Source: a virus (lineage: Duplodnaviria > Heunggongvirae > Uroviricota > Caudoviricetes). From it: a stretch of 64,000 bases of DNA. Positions within the stretch are counted from its first letter, which is position 1. Each line of letters opens with the position of its first letter. Positions 18,380 through 28,146 of the stretch are shown piece by piece. The position numbers and the translations under genes are program-made. The stretch lies in IMG/VR virus record IMGVR_UViG_2721755711_000002. The stretch is one strand, 5' to 3'. The notes beneath the pieces were generated by a model. The model had not been told where the DNA came from and ran no database searches. It was given only the letters and a program-made list of their open reading frames with translations.

Positions 18380-19921
18380 ATGCCAACAGTTCCAATTTCT
18401 ATGAGAAAACTTAAAGAAATTCTTAGGCTTAAATACGGTGTTGGACTCAGCCATCGACAAATTGGTCGTAGTCTTGCAATCTCCCCTTCCGTTGTATCCA
18501 GATATGCTAATCGGGCGGCTCAACTTGGCATAAAGCAGTGGCCCTTACCTACAGGATGGGATGATACAAAACTAAAACATGCGTTCCTTCAGACCCAGGT
18601 TAAGATGAAGAAGCACTCTCTGCCTGACTGGGCTACAGTACACCGGGAACTGCGTAATAAATGCGTGACGCTGCAGCTACTCTGGGAAGAATACTGTGAG
18701 CGTAATCCAGGCGGTTTTTACAGCTATAACCATTACTGCCGGATGTACCGTGAATGGCTCAAAACCACTTCACCATCAATGCGTCAGGTACATAAAGCTG
18801 GCGAAAAACTTTTCGTTGATTACTGTGGACCTACCGTTGGCGTTACCGACCCTGAGACCGGAGAAATAAGAACTGCTCAGGTCATCGTAGCTGTTCTCGG
18901 GGCATCAAGTTACACATGGGCAGAGGCCACCTGGTCTCAGCAGCTTGAAGACTGGGTGATGAGTCATGTTCGCTGCTTCCAGTGGTTGGGTGGCGTTCCT
19001 GAACTTGTTGTTCCGGACAATCTGAAAAGCGCCACATCCAGGGCATGTAAGTATGATCCTGACGTTAACCCTACCTACCAGCAGATGCTTGAGCATTATA
19101 ATGTCGCAGTTTTGCCTGCGCGGCCACGTAAACCGAAAGATAAAGCCAAAGCTGAAGTTGGCGTTCAGGTTGTTGAACGCTGGATCATGGCCCGAATCAG
19201 GCATGAGATCTTCTACAGCCTTGCATCGCTTAATCAGCGCATTCGGGAGTTGCTGGAAAGACTGAATAACAAAATAATGCAGAAGTTGGGTTATTCACGT
19301 GCAGAACTCTTCATCCAGCTTGATAAACCCGCACTGAAGCCTCTTCCTGAAGCCAGTTACAGTTACACCCTGGTGAAGAAAGTCAGAGTTCATGCCGATT
19401 ACCACGTGGAAATCGACAAACATTACTACTCGGTTCCATGTTCGCTGTTAGGCCAGCAACTGGAAGCATGGATCTCCGGAGAACTGGTAAGACTCTTCAA
19501 TCAGGGGCAGGAGGTTGCTGTGCACCCGCGCAAGCGTACTTATGGCTACAGTACCCGCAACGAGCACATGCCTGAAGCTCATCGACAGCATGCCACCTGG
19601 ACGCCAGAGCGTCTTCTGGAATGGGCGGGGCACATAGGCAGTGAAACTCATAGTTATGTGCTTCATATACTGAACTCTCGTCCACATCCGGAACAAAGCT
19701 ATCGCTTCTGCCTTGGACTCCTGAACCTTCATAAAAAATACAGTAAAGCCAGACTTAATGCAGCATGTGCAAGAGCTCTGAAAACAAAGGTATGGCGTCT
19801 GTCAGGTATTAAATCGATCCTGGAAAAAGGTCTGGATAAACAACCTGTTCAGGATCCAAAACCAGATCTGTTATCCACGATGGAACACGAAAACGTACGC
19901 GGCAGTGAGTATTACCACTGA
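18380..19921 (+). CDS. istA: IS21-family transposase IstA
   Basis: 513-aa ORF with N-terminal HTH and DDE integrase-like core. Confidence 0.85.
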   Translation: MPTVPISMRKLKEILRLKYGVGLSHRQIGRSLAISPSVVSRYANRAAQLGIKQWPLPTGWDDTKLKHAFLQTQVKMKKHSLPDWATVHRELRNKCVTLQLLWEEYCERNPGGFYSYNHYCRMYREWLKTTSPSMRQVHKAGEKLFVDYCGPTVGVTDPETGEIRTAQVIVAVLGASSYTWAEATWSQQLEDWVMSHVRCFQWLGGVPELVVPDNLKSATSRACKYDPDVNPTYQQMLEHYNVAVLPARPRKPKDKAKAEVGVQVVERWIMARIRHEIFYSLASLNQRIRELLERLNNKIMQKLGYSRAELFIQLDKPALKPLPEASYSYTLVKKVRVHADYHVEIDKHYYSVPCSLLGQQLEAWISGELVRLFNQGQEVAVHPRKRTYGYSTRNEHMPEAHRQHATWTPERLLEWAGHIGSETHSYVLHILNSRPHPEQSYRFCLGLLNLHKKYSKARLNAACARALKTKVWRLSGIKSILEKGLDKQPVQDPKPDLLSTMEHENVRGSEYYH

Positions 19922-19932
19922 TACGGGATCCA

Positions 19933-20682
19933 ATGATGAATCATCTTTACGAACAACTGACCGCACTTAAACTCACCGGCTTCCGTGATGCGCTTAAAAA
20001 GCAACTTGCTCAGCCGGGCACATACCAGGAGCTGGGCTTCGAAGAACGCCTGTCATTACTGACAGCAGAAGAACTAACCTGCCGTGAAAACAGGAAGGCA
20101 GAGCGTCTGATCAAACATGCACGGTTCAGACTTAATGCTGAGTTATCAAAGCTGGATTATCGTAACAATAGAGGGCTGGACAGGGCCCTCATCCGTTCAC
20201 TCAGTCAGGGAAACTGGTTAACCCTGAAACAAAATATTTTACTGACCGGGGCCACCGGCAGCGGTAAAACGTTCCTGGCATGTGCACTTGGTCATAATGC
20301 CTGCCGACAGGGATACAAGGTCTACTATTATCGCCTTAAAGCGCTGATGGAACAGTGCTATCAGGGGCATGCTGATGGAAGATACAGCAAACTTTTGACC
20401 AGGCTGAATAATAGCGATCTGCTGCTTCTGGATGACTGGGGGCTGGAACCTCTCTCATCAGAACAGCGTAGCGACCTGCTGGAAATAGTGGATCTGATGT
20501 ACCAACGAGGCTCAATCATCGTAGTGAGCCAGTTGCCGGTGGAAAACTGGTACAAAATGATCGGAGACTCCACACATGCGGATGCCATCCTAGATCGACT
20601 GGTTCATGGCAGTATCAAGATCGAACTTAAAGGAGAATCAATGCGGAAAATACAATCTCCGTTGACCGAAGGAGATCAGTGA
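19933..20682 (+). CDS. istB: IS21-family helper ATPase IstB
   Basis: 249-aa ORF with Walker A LTGATGSGKT and Walker B LLLLDDWG. Confidence 0.9.
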   Translation: MMNHLYEQLTALKLTGFRDALKKQLAQPGTYQELGFEERLSLLTAEELTCRENRKAERLIKHARFRLNAELSKLDYRNNRGLDRALIRSLSQGNWLTLKQNILLTGATGSGKTFLACALGHNACRQGYKVYYYRLKALMEQCYQGHADGRYSKLLTRLNNSDLLLLDDWGLEPLSSEQRSDLLEIVDLMYQRGSIIVVSQLPVENWYKMIGDSTHADAILDRLVHGSIKIELKGESMRKIQSPLTEGDQ

Positions 20683-20836
20683 AGGTAATTTAAAAACGGT
20701 TCTGTGAAAGTGACACGAACCGATCTCCATCGATGTTACTCACCGATCTCCTTCACGGTAATACGCACATAATAAAAAAATCCAGAATAAAGCGCAAAAT
20801 AAGGTGATACAGCACTTTATTTGACCACTTACGTTT

Positions 20837-21403
20837 TTATTCACTGATGGGCAGACTTCTGATGGTGTTCAGGTCATCCAGCCCCGCCAGTGTTTCCTTC
20901 ATCTCCCGCTGACGGCGATAAATCTCGTCATTGCGATCGACCTGCGCCTGAACCATTGCAGTAAGCAGTTCATCCAGTTGTTGCATTGACAACTTTACCT
21001 GCTGATTTTCCGCATCACCCCATACCATAGTTTTCCGTGCCGTGACTGATTTTGCTGACATCACCACCGGATAAAGGCGGGCCATTGAATCCGGTCCCCC
21101 GTTCCAGCTATGACCGTTCCATTCAAAAATGAATGGCTGCGCCTCCTGCTCTGTACGCCATGCTTCAATTTCCCGGCGTTTGGCTGCTTTTGCTGCTTCC
21201 AGCATCTCTGACGTGACGGTGAACGGCGTTATTTCTCCCCACTTGCCGCTTTGCAGTTCCTGCCAGACTCGCTGCCCTGTCTCTGCTGTATCCGTGGCAG
21301 TTGCCGTATACGGAACCGGTTCATCCATGCCATCAAACAACACCCCACAGTCAATCGCGCCATTTTCAAGATAACGCGCATTTTCGATGCGTTTTATTTC
21401 CAT
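20837..21403 (-). CDS. Tail fibre assembly protein (Tfa-like chaperone)
   Basis: ~189-aa ORF from MEIKRIENARYLENG, directly after side tail fibre gene. Confidence 0.65.
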   Translation of the reverse strand: MEIKRIENARYLENGAIDCGVLFDGMDEPVPYTATATDTAETGQRVWQELQSGKWGEITPFTVTSEMLEAAKAAKRREIEAWRTEQEAQPFIFEWNGHSWNGGPDSMARLYPVVMSAKSVTARKTMVWGDAENQQVKLSMQQLDELLTAMVQAQVDRNDEIYRRQREMKETLAGLDDLNTIRSLPISE

Positions 21404-21410
21404 AAAACAC

Positions 21411-22835
21411 CTACGCAATACGTATGAACAAACCAATCATGACACTGGCTGACCCGGCAGACCCGAGCCCGTCACCTGACAGTGCCCGATATGACCCCGG
21501 CATACCACCACCAGAACCCCGCACATATACGGAAACGCTGCCGTTATATCCAACCCCGCTACCGGTCGTGCCGTGACACATAAATTCAACCGCGCTCAGG
21601 CGTGACCCCGGATAGCTGTAACCGCGTTTTATCCGGCGGTCGGTGTCTGCGTCTCCCTTACCGTTATAAGCCGCCAGTACAAGACTGCCTGCACCGTACC
21701 AGCCGTCCGTGGTACCGGGAGCAATACCGGACAGAAGAGAGATAATGTCCTGTGAGGTCATCTTCAGATTTTCCCAGCCAGTCAGATAACCATTACCTGT
21801 TGTCCAGTAGCGGTTGTAATAAACATCGCCATTAATACCGTAGAAAATAATGGCCTTTGCTGTATATCGCGGCTCCGGTGGATTATTGCGTGCCTCAACC
21901 CACCGGATGCGGACCATCCCGTTAAACAACACACCTCCGGATATGATTTTACTGTCACCCTCAACAAAATATTCACCCGGCGTCGCATTCCTTACCCAGG
22001 ACAGAAAATCATCCTCTGTGTTAAAACGGATACGCTCTGCGGGCAAAAAAATATGCCCAAAACCAAATGCGCCAGGTGTCGCCAGACGACCTTCAGTCCG
22101 GTCACGAATGTCGCTCTGTGGCGTCATTGTGGCTGCGCTTTTCAGTCCAAGATTATCACGGGATTCCTGCTGAGCCTCTTCACCTTCATCAGCCAGCTCT
22201 GATAAACGATTCGCCGTTTTCAGTGTCGCAGATAACGCAGTATCAATATCTGCTCTGGCCTGCTCTGCACCGGATGCGGCCTTTTTCGCGGCTTCAGCAT
22301 CCTGCCTGACCTCCGCGGCGGTATCCTCAACCCGTGAGGCCAGAGTTTCGACCTGTTGTTTACCCTCCGCAACCGCGTCGGCGTTCTGCTGTACGTCTTT
22401 CGCCAGCGCCTGACAGTCGGCCTTAATCTGCTGTGCATCAGTGGCGTGTTGTCCTGCCTGTTGTTCGCTGCCAGCGGCGGCTTCTGCGCTCTGCTGCGCC
22501 TGTGCCACCATTTCCTCAAAGCGTTTTACCACGTCGGGTTTGAGGTCGCCTTCATCGGGGGCGGTCAGAAAGTCGTTCAGCGTGCCGGGCTTTGAATCGT
22601 CATAAACAGCAATATTCCCCACGCAACATTTCGGGCCGTTCTTTTGTTTTATATGAACGGCATATTTTCCTGTCTGCGCTTCAAAGGCATACTGTCCCGC
22701 CGCATCGGTTTCAATAACCGCAAATGATTCAATAACCACTTCACTGGTATTAACCAGTGCATCTAAATAAATTTTGCATTCCGCCATCGGAACGCCAGTG
22801 CCATTAACAAGTGCACCTGAAATTAATACAGACAT
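21411..22835 (-). CDS. Side tail fibre protein (lambda Stf-like N-terminal domain)
   Basis: 474-aa ORF; N-terminus aligns with lambda Stf (ISG.L.DGTG...YEDSQPGTLNDFL). Confidence 0.8.
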   Translation of the reverse strand: MSVLISGALVNGTGVPMAECKIYLDALVNTSEVVIESFAVIETDAAGQYAFEAQTGKYAVHIKQKNGPKCCVGNIAVYDDSKPGTLNDFLTAPDEGDLKPDVVKRFEEMVAQAQQSAEAAAGSEQQAGQHATDAQQIKADCQALAKDVQQNADAVAEGKQQVETLASRVEDTAAEVRQDAEAAKKAASGAEQARADIDTALSATLKTANRLSELADEGEEAQQESRDNLGLKSAATMTPQSDIRDRTEGRLATPGAFGFGHIFLPAERIRFNTEDDFLSWVRNATPGEYFVEGDSKIISGGVLFNGMVRIRWVEARNNPPEPRYTAKAIIFYGINGDVYYNRYWTTGNGYLTGWENLKMTSQDIISLLSGIAPGTTDGWYGAGSLVLAAYNGKGDADTDRRIKRGYSYPGSRLSAVEFMCHGTTGSGVGYNGSVSVYVRGSGGGMPGSYRALSGDGLGSAGSASVMIGLFIRIA

Positions 22836-22882
22836 AAAGCCTCTGAACTGAAAACGGTCGCCAGACAGCGACCGTTATTGTT

Positions 22883-23407
22883 TTACACGTCAGGTTTTTC
22901 CGGCCACTGAATTAAATAAAAGGAAGATTCATCACTGACCTGACTTAAATCCAGCGCCTTTACCGCTTTGATATATTCCATCCACTTCGTAAGACGGGCC
23001 TTGTCGTCATCACTGATGGTGCCCAGCTCCAGCTCGGTTTTCCAGTCTGAGGTGATGTCCTTTGCTTCATTCAGCAGGCGCTGGCGTTGTTTTTCTGCCA
23101 GTTGCGAATAATCAACAGGAACCGGCAGCACTTCGCCATCTTTGTAATACCAGCAGGCTTCAATGCCAAAACCTTCCGGCAGTTCATCAACTTCCACAAT
23201 GGTGAAGCCAGCCGGATAAAGACGGGACACGTCTTCCGCCATCGAATAAATCACGCCGGTTTCCGGGTGAATACACAATTTGTATTTCTTCGTGAATTTA
23301 TCCAGTGATTCATAAAAATCCTGTCCGTCTTCACTGCGGAAATACTGAATATTTTCACCATAAGGCATATCTTCCGGGTAATAACGCGTGACGTTTCTGA
23401 GTTCCAT
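22883..23407 (-). CDS. Tail fibre assembly protein
   Basis: ~175-aa ORF from MELRNVTRYYPEDMPYG after a tail fibre gene. Confidence 0.65.
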   Translation of the reverse strand: MELRNVTRYYPEDMPYGENIQYFRSEDGQDFYESLDKFTKKYKLCIHPETGVIYSMAEDVSRLYPAGFTIVEVDELPEGFGIEACWYYKDGEVLPVPVDYSQLAEKQRQRLLNEAKDITSDWKTELELGTISDDDKARLTKWMEYIKAVKALDLSQVSDESSFYLIQWPEKPDV

Positions 23408-23421
23408 TATTTTATCCTTAA

Positions 23422-24225
23422 TTAGCCGGCTACAGTGCGCCATGCACCATTGATATAAATCTGCGCGGATTTGTAATACACACCGCCGATGTTATCCGCC
23501 GAACTTCTTCCCGTGTCCTGGACATAAATTCCTGACAACTGACAGCCGGAAGGTGCGCGGAACGTCCAGGTGATTTCGTTACCGCCGGGGTTGTAAAACA
23601 CCTCATTGGTGTACTGAAAATTACGCACAGCGCCGGAATCGGTGGTGTTGATGGTGATATCGCTGCTGCCATCAAACAGCACATTGTTAATCCTGCGGGC
23701 CGTCTGAAGGCGGGTTGCCGTTCCGGCGTTGCCGCCGATGTTGTTGATGGTGATATCCGACGTCAGGGGCATATTGTTAATTTTGCGCGTTTTCGGCGCA
23801 CCGCCGATGTTATCCAGAAACAATTGTTTATTCGGGATGTCTGCGCCGTTACGGTCTTTTGCCAGTCTGGCGTTTGCGTTATCCATCGCAATCTTGACCG
23901 CTTTTGGCGTAGCTGCTTCTGTTTCTGATTCACTGTTAACAGCACTGTTAAGCTGCACCACGCCTTTTTGCGTCAGTGATGCATCCGGGACTTTCTGTCC
24001 AATAAACGAGGTCAGCGCCTCAACCAGCTGGTTTTGTTTTTCCGGGGCAGGGGTGACGCCAGCCTCCTTAAGGACGTTAATCACCTCCTGCTGCAAATCA
24101 CGCGTTGCTGCCTGATGATTATTCATAAATTCAGCAGTAACGATGGTTCCCTCAATTCCCTGAGTCGGGTCACCATCATGAAATAACTTATCCGGCGTAT
24201 TCACCGGGGGCATTAAATTCTGCAT
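23422..24225 (-). CDS. Tail fibre protein (Mu S-like)
   Basis: 267-aa ORF with fibre motifs (AATPKAVKIAMDNANARL, repeated ITINN segments). Confidence 0.65.
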   Translation of the reverse strand: MQNLMPPVNTPDKLFHDGDPTQGIEGTIVTAEFMNNHQAATRDLQQEVINVLKEAGVTPAPEKQNQLVEALTSFIGQKVPDASLTQKGVVQLNSAVNSESETEAATPKAVKIAMDNANARLAKDRNGADIPNKQLFLDNIGGAPKTRKINNMPLTSDITINNIGGNAGTATRLQTARRINNVLFDGSSDITINTTDSGAVRNFQYTNEVFYNPGGNEITWTFRAPSGCQLSGIYVQDTGRSSADNIGGVYYKSAQIYINGAWRTVAG

Positions 24226-24797
24226 TATTCCTCCACCTCATACGTGAAATAACAGTCTGTAAAAGCCGGTTTAAGGTCTTTAAACGTGTTTTCTAAAATG
24301 GATTCACCAAAGGCCGTCAGCGGTTCGCCGGTTGCCGATGCGCCCGTTCTGAACCGGTAGACAGGTGTTTTTGTCCCGATAACATTGACCTGCCACGCCC
24401 AGCGGATTTCTGGTATCAGCAGACGGTCGCCGCAGCGGTTTATCCCCACCCGGAACGGTCGCGGCTCCGTAATGGTGATGGTATAGCCCAGACTGGCGGC
24501 AAGGCTTTTGAAGTAAGGGATTGACAGTCCCCCCGTGGCAGCCATTTTTACCAGAATGTTCTGACGCCGCTCCTGTTGTGTTGCCCCTTCACGGGGAATA
24601 ACACCGTACACGCGCTCCCAGTCGGACAGCGTCATCGATGCCTGCAACGGGGTGATTTGTGCCAGAACGCGCGCCGCTGACGCCTTCACGGCTTCCATGA
24701 CGTCAGCCTCGGCTGTCAGTTCTGCGGAAATATATTTCCCGTTCAGGTCATAACTGACAGGTGGCAGCATGGCGCGAAATAAATCGACCATATTCAT
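24225..24797 (-). CDS. Baseplate/tail protein (Mu gp48 / YmfQ-like)
   Basis: ~190-aa ORF between baseplate J and tail fibre genes. Confidence 0.55.
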   Translation of the reverse strand: MNMVDLFRAMLPPVSYDLNGKYISAELTAEADVMEAVKASAARVLAQITPLQASMTLSDWERVYGVIPREGATQQERRQNILVKMAATGGLSIPYFKSLAASLGYTITITEPRPFRVGINRCGDRLLIPEIRWAWQVNVIGTKTPVYRFRTGASATGEPLTAFGESILENTFKDLKPAFTDCYFTYEVEE

Positions 24798-24801
24798 AAA
24801 A

Positions 24802-25881
24802 TCACCCCTCACGTGGAAAAGACTGAATATCAATATTTCCCGGGCGCAGCCATTCCCACGTTGACGCGTTAATAATGGCTTTTACGTTGTCTGCTGGCGT
24901 AATGATTCGCCGGTCACTGACACCGGAAATTAATGAAATCTGGGTTTCCAGTTGTGAAATTATTAATTCCTGCCCCGGCTCCAGCCGGTTCATAAAATCC
25001 GTGATAACGTCAGTTATCTGCGGTTTTATCTGCTCAACGGTCAGACCGCTGGTTTTTACCCGGACAACGAAATCAACGGCTTTTTTCGTCGGGGACAGTA
25101 CCATAGTGTCCTTTGCTGTGACCGGGCGGACTTCCTCAATATGTGCCAGCACGGCATTAATCAGTTCCTGCGAAGGGAGGTCATTGGCTGACGTAATGGC
25201 CACATCAACCGTCCCCAGTCCACGACGCAACGGCTCCACATACGCAGACGTAACGCCATCCACTTCCAGCGCCCAGCGTTTGTAATCATATTTATTACCG
25301 CCAGCGGGCGGCCTGCGCAGAATATCCAGATAACGCGCCAGCAGGTCGGCGTCGCTTTCCCTGTCCGTTCCGCCGGTCAGGGATTTAATCGTCACCGTGC
25401 TGTTGATGCCTTCCGGCGGACTGACCAGCGTTGCCGTCTGCGTTGTGGATGCGTTCGTCTGTGCGCCCGTGGTGGTGCTTTTTACCGTCACCTCCGCGCT
25501 GCCTTCATCACCGATGGTGCAGTCTGCGGTGGTGGCCACGCTGACACCTTCACCACGAATTTCCGCACCGGCTGGCAGCGTCTTACCGGGTGTGCCGGTA
25601 ATCACTGCCGGACCGGATGAGGCCGTTGCTTTTTTACGAAAAACATTGCGCGTGCGGCAGTGCAGCTCCAGATATTCAGGGTCTGCCGTGTCAGGAAACA
25701 CCTGTCGGAGAATCCATCCCTGATGCATATACAACCCGTCAGCCACGCCGGATACGGCATTTGCACGAATGCGGTAATCGCTGTCTGCGCCGGTATCTAT
25801 GGTTTCTCCCGGCAGGGCGTTAGCGATATCACGTAGCTGGCGTTCTGTGTTTTCAGCAACGCCCGGAACAGGAAACGGCAT
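24802..25881 (-). CDS. Baseplate J-like protein (Mu gp47-like)
   Basis: 359-aa ORF, conserved position and size. Confidence 0.75.
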   Translation of the reverse strand: MPFPVPGVAENTERQLRDIANALPGETIDTGADSDYRIRANAVSGVADGLYMHQGWILRQVFPDTADPEYLELHCRTRNVFRKKATASSGPAVITGTPGKTLPAGAEIRGEGVSVATTADCTIGDEGSAEVTVKSTTTGAQTNASTTQTATLVSPPEGINSTVTIKSLTGGTDRESDADLLARYLDILRRPPAGGNKYDYKRWALEVDGVTSAYVEPLRRGLGTVDVAITSANDLPSQELINAVLAHIEEVRPVTAKDTMVLSPTKKAVDFVVRVKTSGLTVEQIKPQITDVITDFMNRLEPGQELIISQLETQISLISGVSDRRIITPADNVKAIINASTWEWLRPGNIDIQSFPREG

Positions 25882-26231
25882 TACATAATCCTCACAGGGT
25901 GTTCAAACGTCTGCGGTGTGCCCGCGTTATCCGTGACGGTGATTAACAGCAACAGCCAGCCGCGCTGGCCCGGTTTTGTGTCAACGGTAATGGCTTTTGC
26001 CCGCCCGTCATCGAGCAGGGGCTGAAGTGCCTGGCTGGCATACTGCGCTGCCAGTCTGTGAACACGGGAAACGTCTTTTTCCCGCTTCAGTTCGTGCAGG
26101 CGTGACCCCAGCGACGCATCCGCCCAGTAACTGCCAAGCGGTGTCGCCAGTCGCAGATAAACCGCGTTATGGAGTGTATAAATCCGGCGGCGTTCGTAGT
26201 CGCCGGTTGCAGGTGAAATCGTCTGGTCCAT
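25881..26231 (-). CDS. Baseplate wedge protein (gp25/GPW-like, Mu gp46-like)
   Basis: 116-aa ORF; translationally coupled. Confidence 0.55.
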   Translation of the reverse strand: MDQTISPATGDYERRRIYTLHNAVYLRLATPLGSYWADASLGSRLHELKREKDVSRVHRLAAQYASQALQPLLDDGRAKAITVDTKPGQRGWLLLLITVTDNAGTPQTFEHPVRIM

Positions 26232-26284
26232 GCCGCCAGTCTGGCAGCATGGACAGGTCAGAATCAGGTGAGGGTGTTCAGCAC

Positions 26285-26938
26285 TTAATTAACCGGCGTG
26301 TCAGACATGCCGTGTGGGGTTGGATGTTTGTGCGTTCCGATTTTAACGCCATTAATGGTGACGTCAACGGAGGTAATCACACCGCCCACATGGTTGATGT
26401 TGCCTTCAAAGGTGGCGGCGTATTTCTTACCTCCGCTGATGGCCATGCCACCGTTGCCGGTGATTTTGCCTTCCACCGTCAGCCTGTCGCTGGCTGTCAG
26501 TAACGGTGTCGTGAATGCGGCGTTCTCCTCTGCCTCAACCTCATAGCGTTTGCATTTCACCCGGTAAACGTCACATTCGTTTTCAACAATCCGCCCGCGC
26601 TTCAGTACGATTTTCGCGCCTTCGTCGGTATACAGGGCCACTTCCCCGGGTTTCAGTTCCGTCAGGCGATATGCGCCGTGCTCGGTGGCTACGACGACGG
26701 TATGGGAGGTATTACCGTTCAGCGGAACGGCAATACCCATCGAGCCGGGCGGTGGGGATGTGGTGAGGCCGTAATGCTGAAAATACTCCGCACCGTCCAG
26801 CTGTTCGCCTGCCAACCCGTTCAGCTGGAGAAGCTGTACTTTGGTTGAACTATCCGTCGTGCCGGTGATCACCCTGAACGCCTGGCGAACGGTCGCCAGT
26901 GCCTGCTGTATGCGCTGATTAACCTTGTCCCACATCAT
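26285..26938 (-). CDS. Baseplate spike / assembly protein V-like (Mu gp45-like)
   Basis: 217-aa ORF in baseplate module. Confidence 0.6.
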   Translation of the reverse strand: MMWDKVNQRIQQALATVRQAFRVITGTTDSSTKVQLLQLNGLAGEQLDGAEYFQHYGLTTSPPPGSMGIAVPLNGNTSHTVVVATEHGAYRLTELKPGEVALYTDEGAKIVLKRGRIVENECDVYRVKCKRYEVEAEENAAFTTPLLTASDRLTVEGKITGNGGMAISGGKKYAATFEGNINHVGGVITSVDVTINGVKIGTHKHPTPHGMSDTPVN

Positions 26939-28146
26939 TTCTCCCAGACCTTAACAATGGTGACCTCTTTTTTCTTTTTGCCCCTGCGGTGATGGCGTTT
27001 CTTCTCACGCGGGAAGGCGTCAGGTATCCACACGCCGTCCTCCTTAAAGCGAAGCCGGGTTGTCTGCCCGTTCCGGCCTCCGCTGAACTCACGCCCCATC
27101 AGGAAAAAGATGGCATCAATGCCGTGGAGTTCGCTGACAATCCGCACCCGCTGGCCGGGCTGCCACAGAACACCATCTGCCGTGCGATGACCTGCAACCA
27201 GTGCGACGATATCCAGCCCCGACAGGCGGGCATCACTCATCATTTTTTTTGCGCGCCAGTTCACCTGCTCCATGTTACTGGTGTCGCCCTGGGTGATTAT
27301 CTGCGGGCGGTAATAATCCACGGTAGGGTCGGTGGCCACGGCTTTCATGTTATGAATGCCTGTCTGACCACTGCCTGTATTACCGCTGTCCTGCCCGGAT
27401 AATGTGCGCACGCTGCCGTCCTCGTTCCAGATATCCAGCGGCACCACGGCCACCTGTTTCTTGCTGTCTGCGCGGCGGGCGTGGCTCTGGGCCAGCACCG
27501 TCAGCTCGGAGAAACAGCCGTTAATGGACCGGGTATCGTCCAGCTCCATCACGTTGTTCCCGGTGCCGTCCAGCTTCATAATCAGTGTATCCACCGGCGT
27601 GGTGGTGTAGTCAGGGCCACCCACAACCAGCGTACCGTCAGGCTCAAACCACGGCCATAAGCCGCGACCGGCGGCAGCTTTAGCCAGTGCATCCCACGCA
27701 CGCATCCCCGGTTCTATAACGACCTTGTCATTACGTGACACACCGGACGCCTGAATACGGATGCGCTGTATCCCCAGCGGTCTGACAATCCTGTCGATGA
27801 CCTCGTCCAGCGTCAGCTGATTGGCGCTGAACACCGGCGCGGCACAGTCCACCAGAATGGCGGCATCATCACGCCCGGACAGGGTCAGCGTGCAGCTCTG
27901 ACGGGATACACTGCGGCGCACGCTGTCCACGCGCCCACTGAGCACCGTCTCGTCTCCCACCTGCAAACGGACCGGCGCACCCCGGACGATATCCGCCGGG
28001 AACACCTTTTCAGGCAGTCCCAGCTGAAGCTGCCAGCCGTCAGCGGCTTTCAGGAAATCGCTGTCAATACGATAACTGCTCCAGTCAGAATGCGACCTTC
28101 CGGCAATGACCAGGCTGATTTTGTCGTCGTTATTTTGCGTAGGCAT
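26935..28146 (-). CDS. Baseplate hub protein (Mu P / gp44-like)
   Basis: 403-aa ORF between DNA circulation protein and spike. Confidence 0.6.
   Translation of the reverse strand: MPTQNNDDKISLVIAGRSHSDWSSYRIDSDFLKAADGWQLQLGLPEKVFPADIVRGAPVRLQVGDETVLSGRVDSVRRSVSRQSCTLTLSGRDDAAILVDCAAPVFSANQLTLDEVIDRIVRPLGIQRIRIQASGVSRNDKVVIEPGMRAWDALAKAAAGRGLWPWFEPDGTLVVGGPDYTTTPVDTLIMKLDGTGNNVMELDDTRSINGCFSELTVLAQSHARRADSKKQVAVVPLDIWNEDGSVRTLSGQDSGNTGSGQTGIHNMKAVATDPTVDYYRPQIITQGDTSNMEQVNWRAKKMMSDARLSGLDIVALVAGHRTADGVLWQPGQRVRIVSELHGIDAIFFLMGREFSGGRNGQTTRLRFKEDGVWIPDAFPREKKRHHRRGKKKKEVTIVKVWEK

Larger units (their letters stand above)
18247..20755 (+). mobile_element. IS21-family insertion sequence (~2.5 kb), approximate ends
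   Basis: istA+istB pair; imperfect terminal inverted repeats TGAACAGATCGCTGAATAACATCGATGGAGATCA vs reverse-complement TGAAGGAGATCGGTGAGTAACATCGATGGAGATCG; no matching flanking duplication. Confidence 0.75.

Noticed and set aside
18234-20763. GGTAATA found on both sides of the IS21 element as a possible target duplication
   Set aside because: The copies are not immediately adjacent to the inferred inverted-repeat ends, so they are more likely coincidental.
20837-24225. Invertible tail-fibre segment (Mu G-region-like) with a DNA invertase
   Set aside because: Both fibre/assembly pairs are on the same strand and no Gin/Pin-type recombinase ORF is present; the far right end seems deleted at the IS21 junction.
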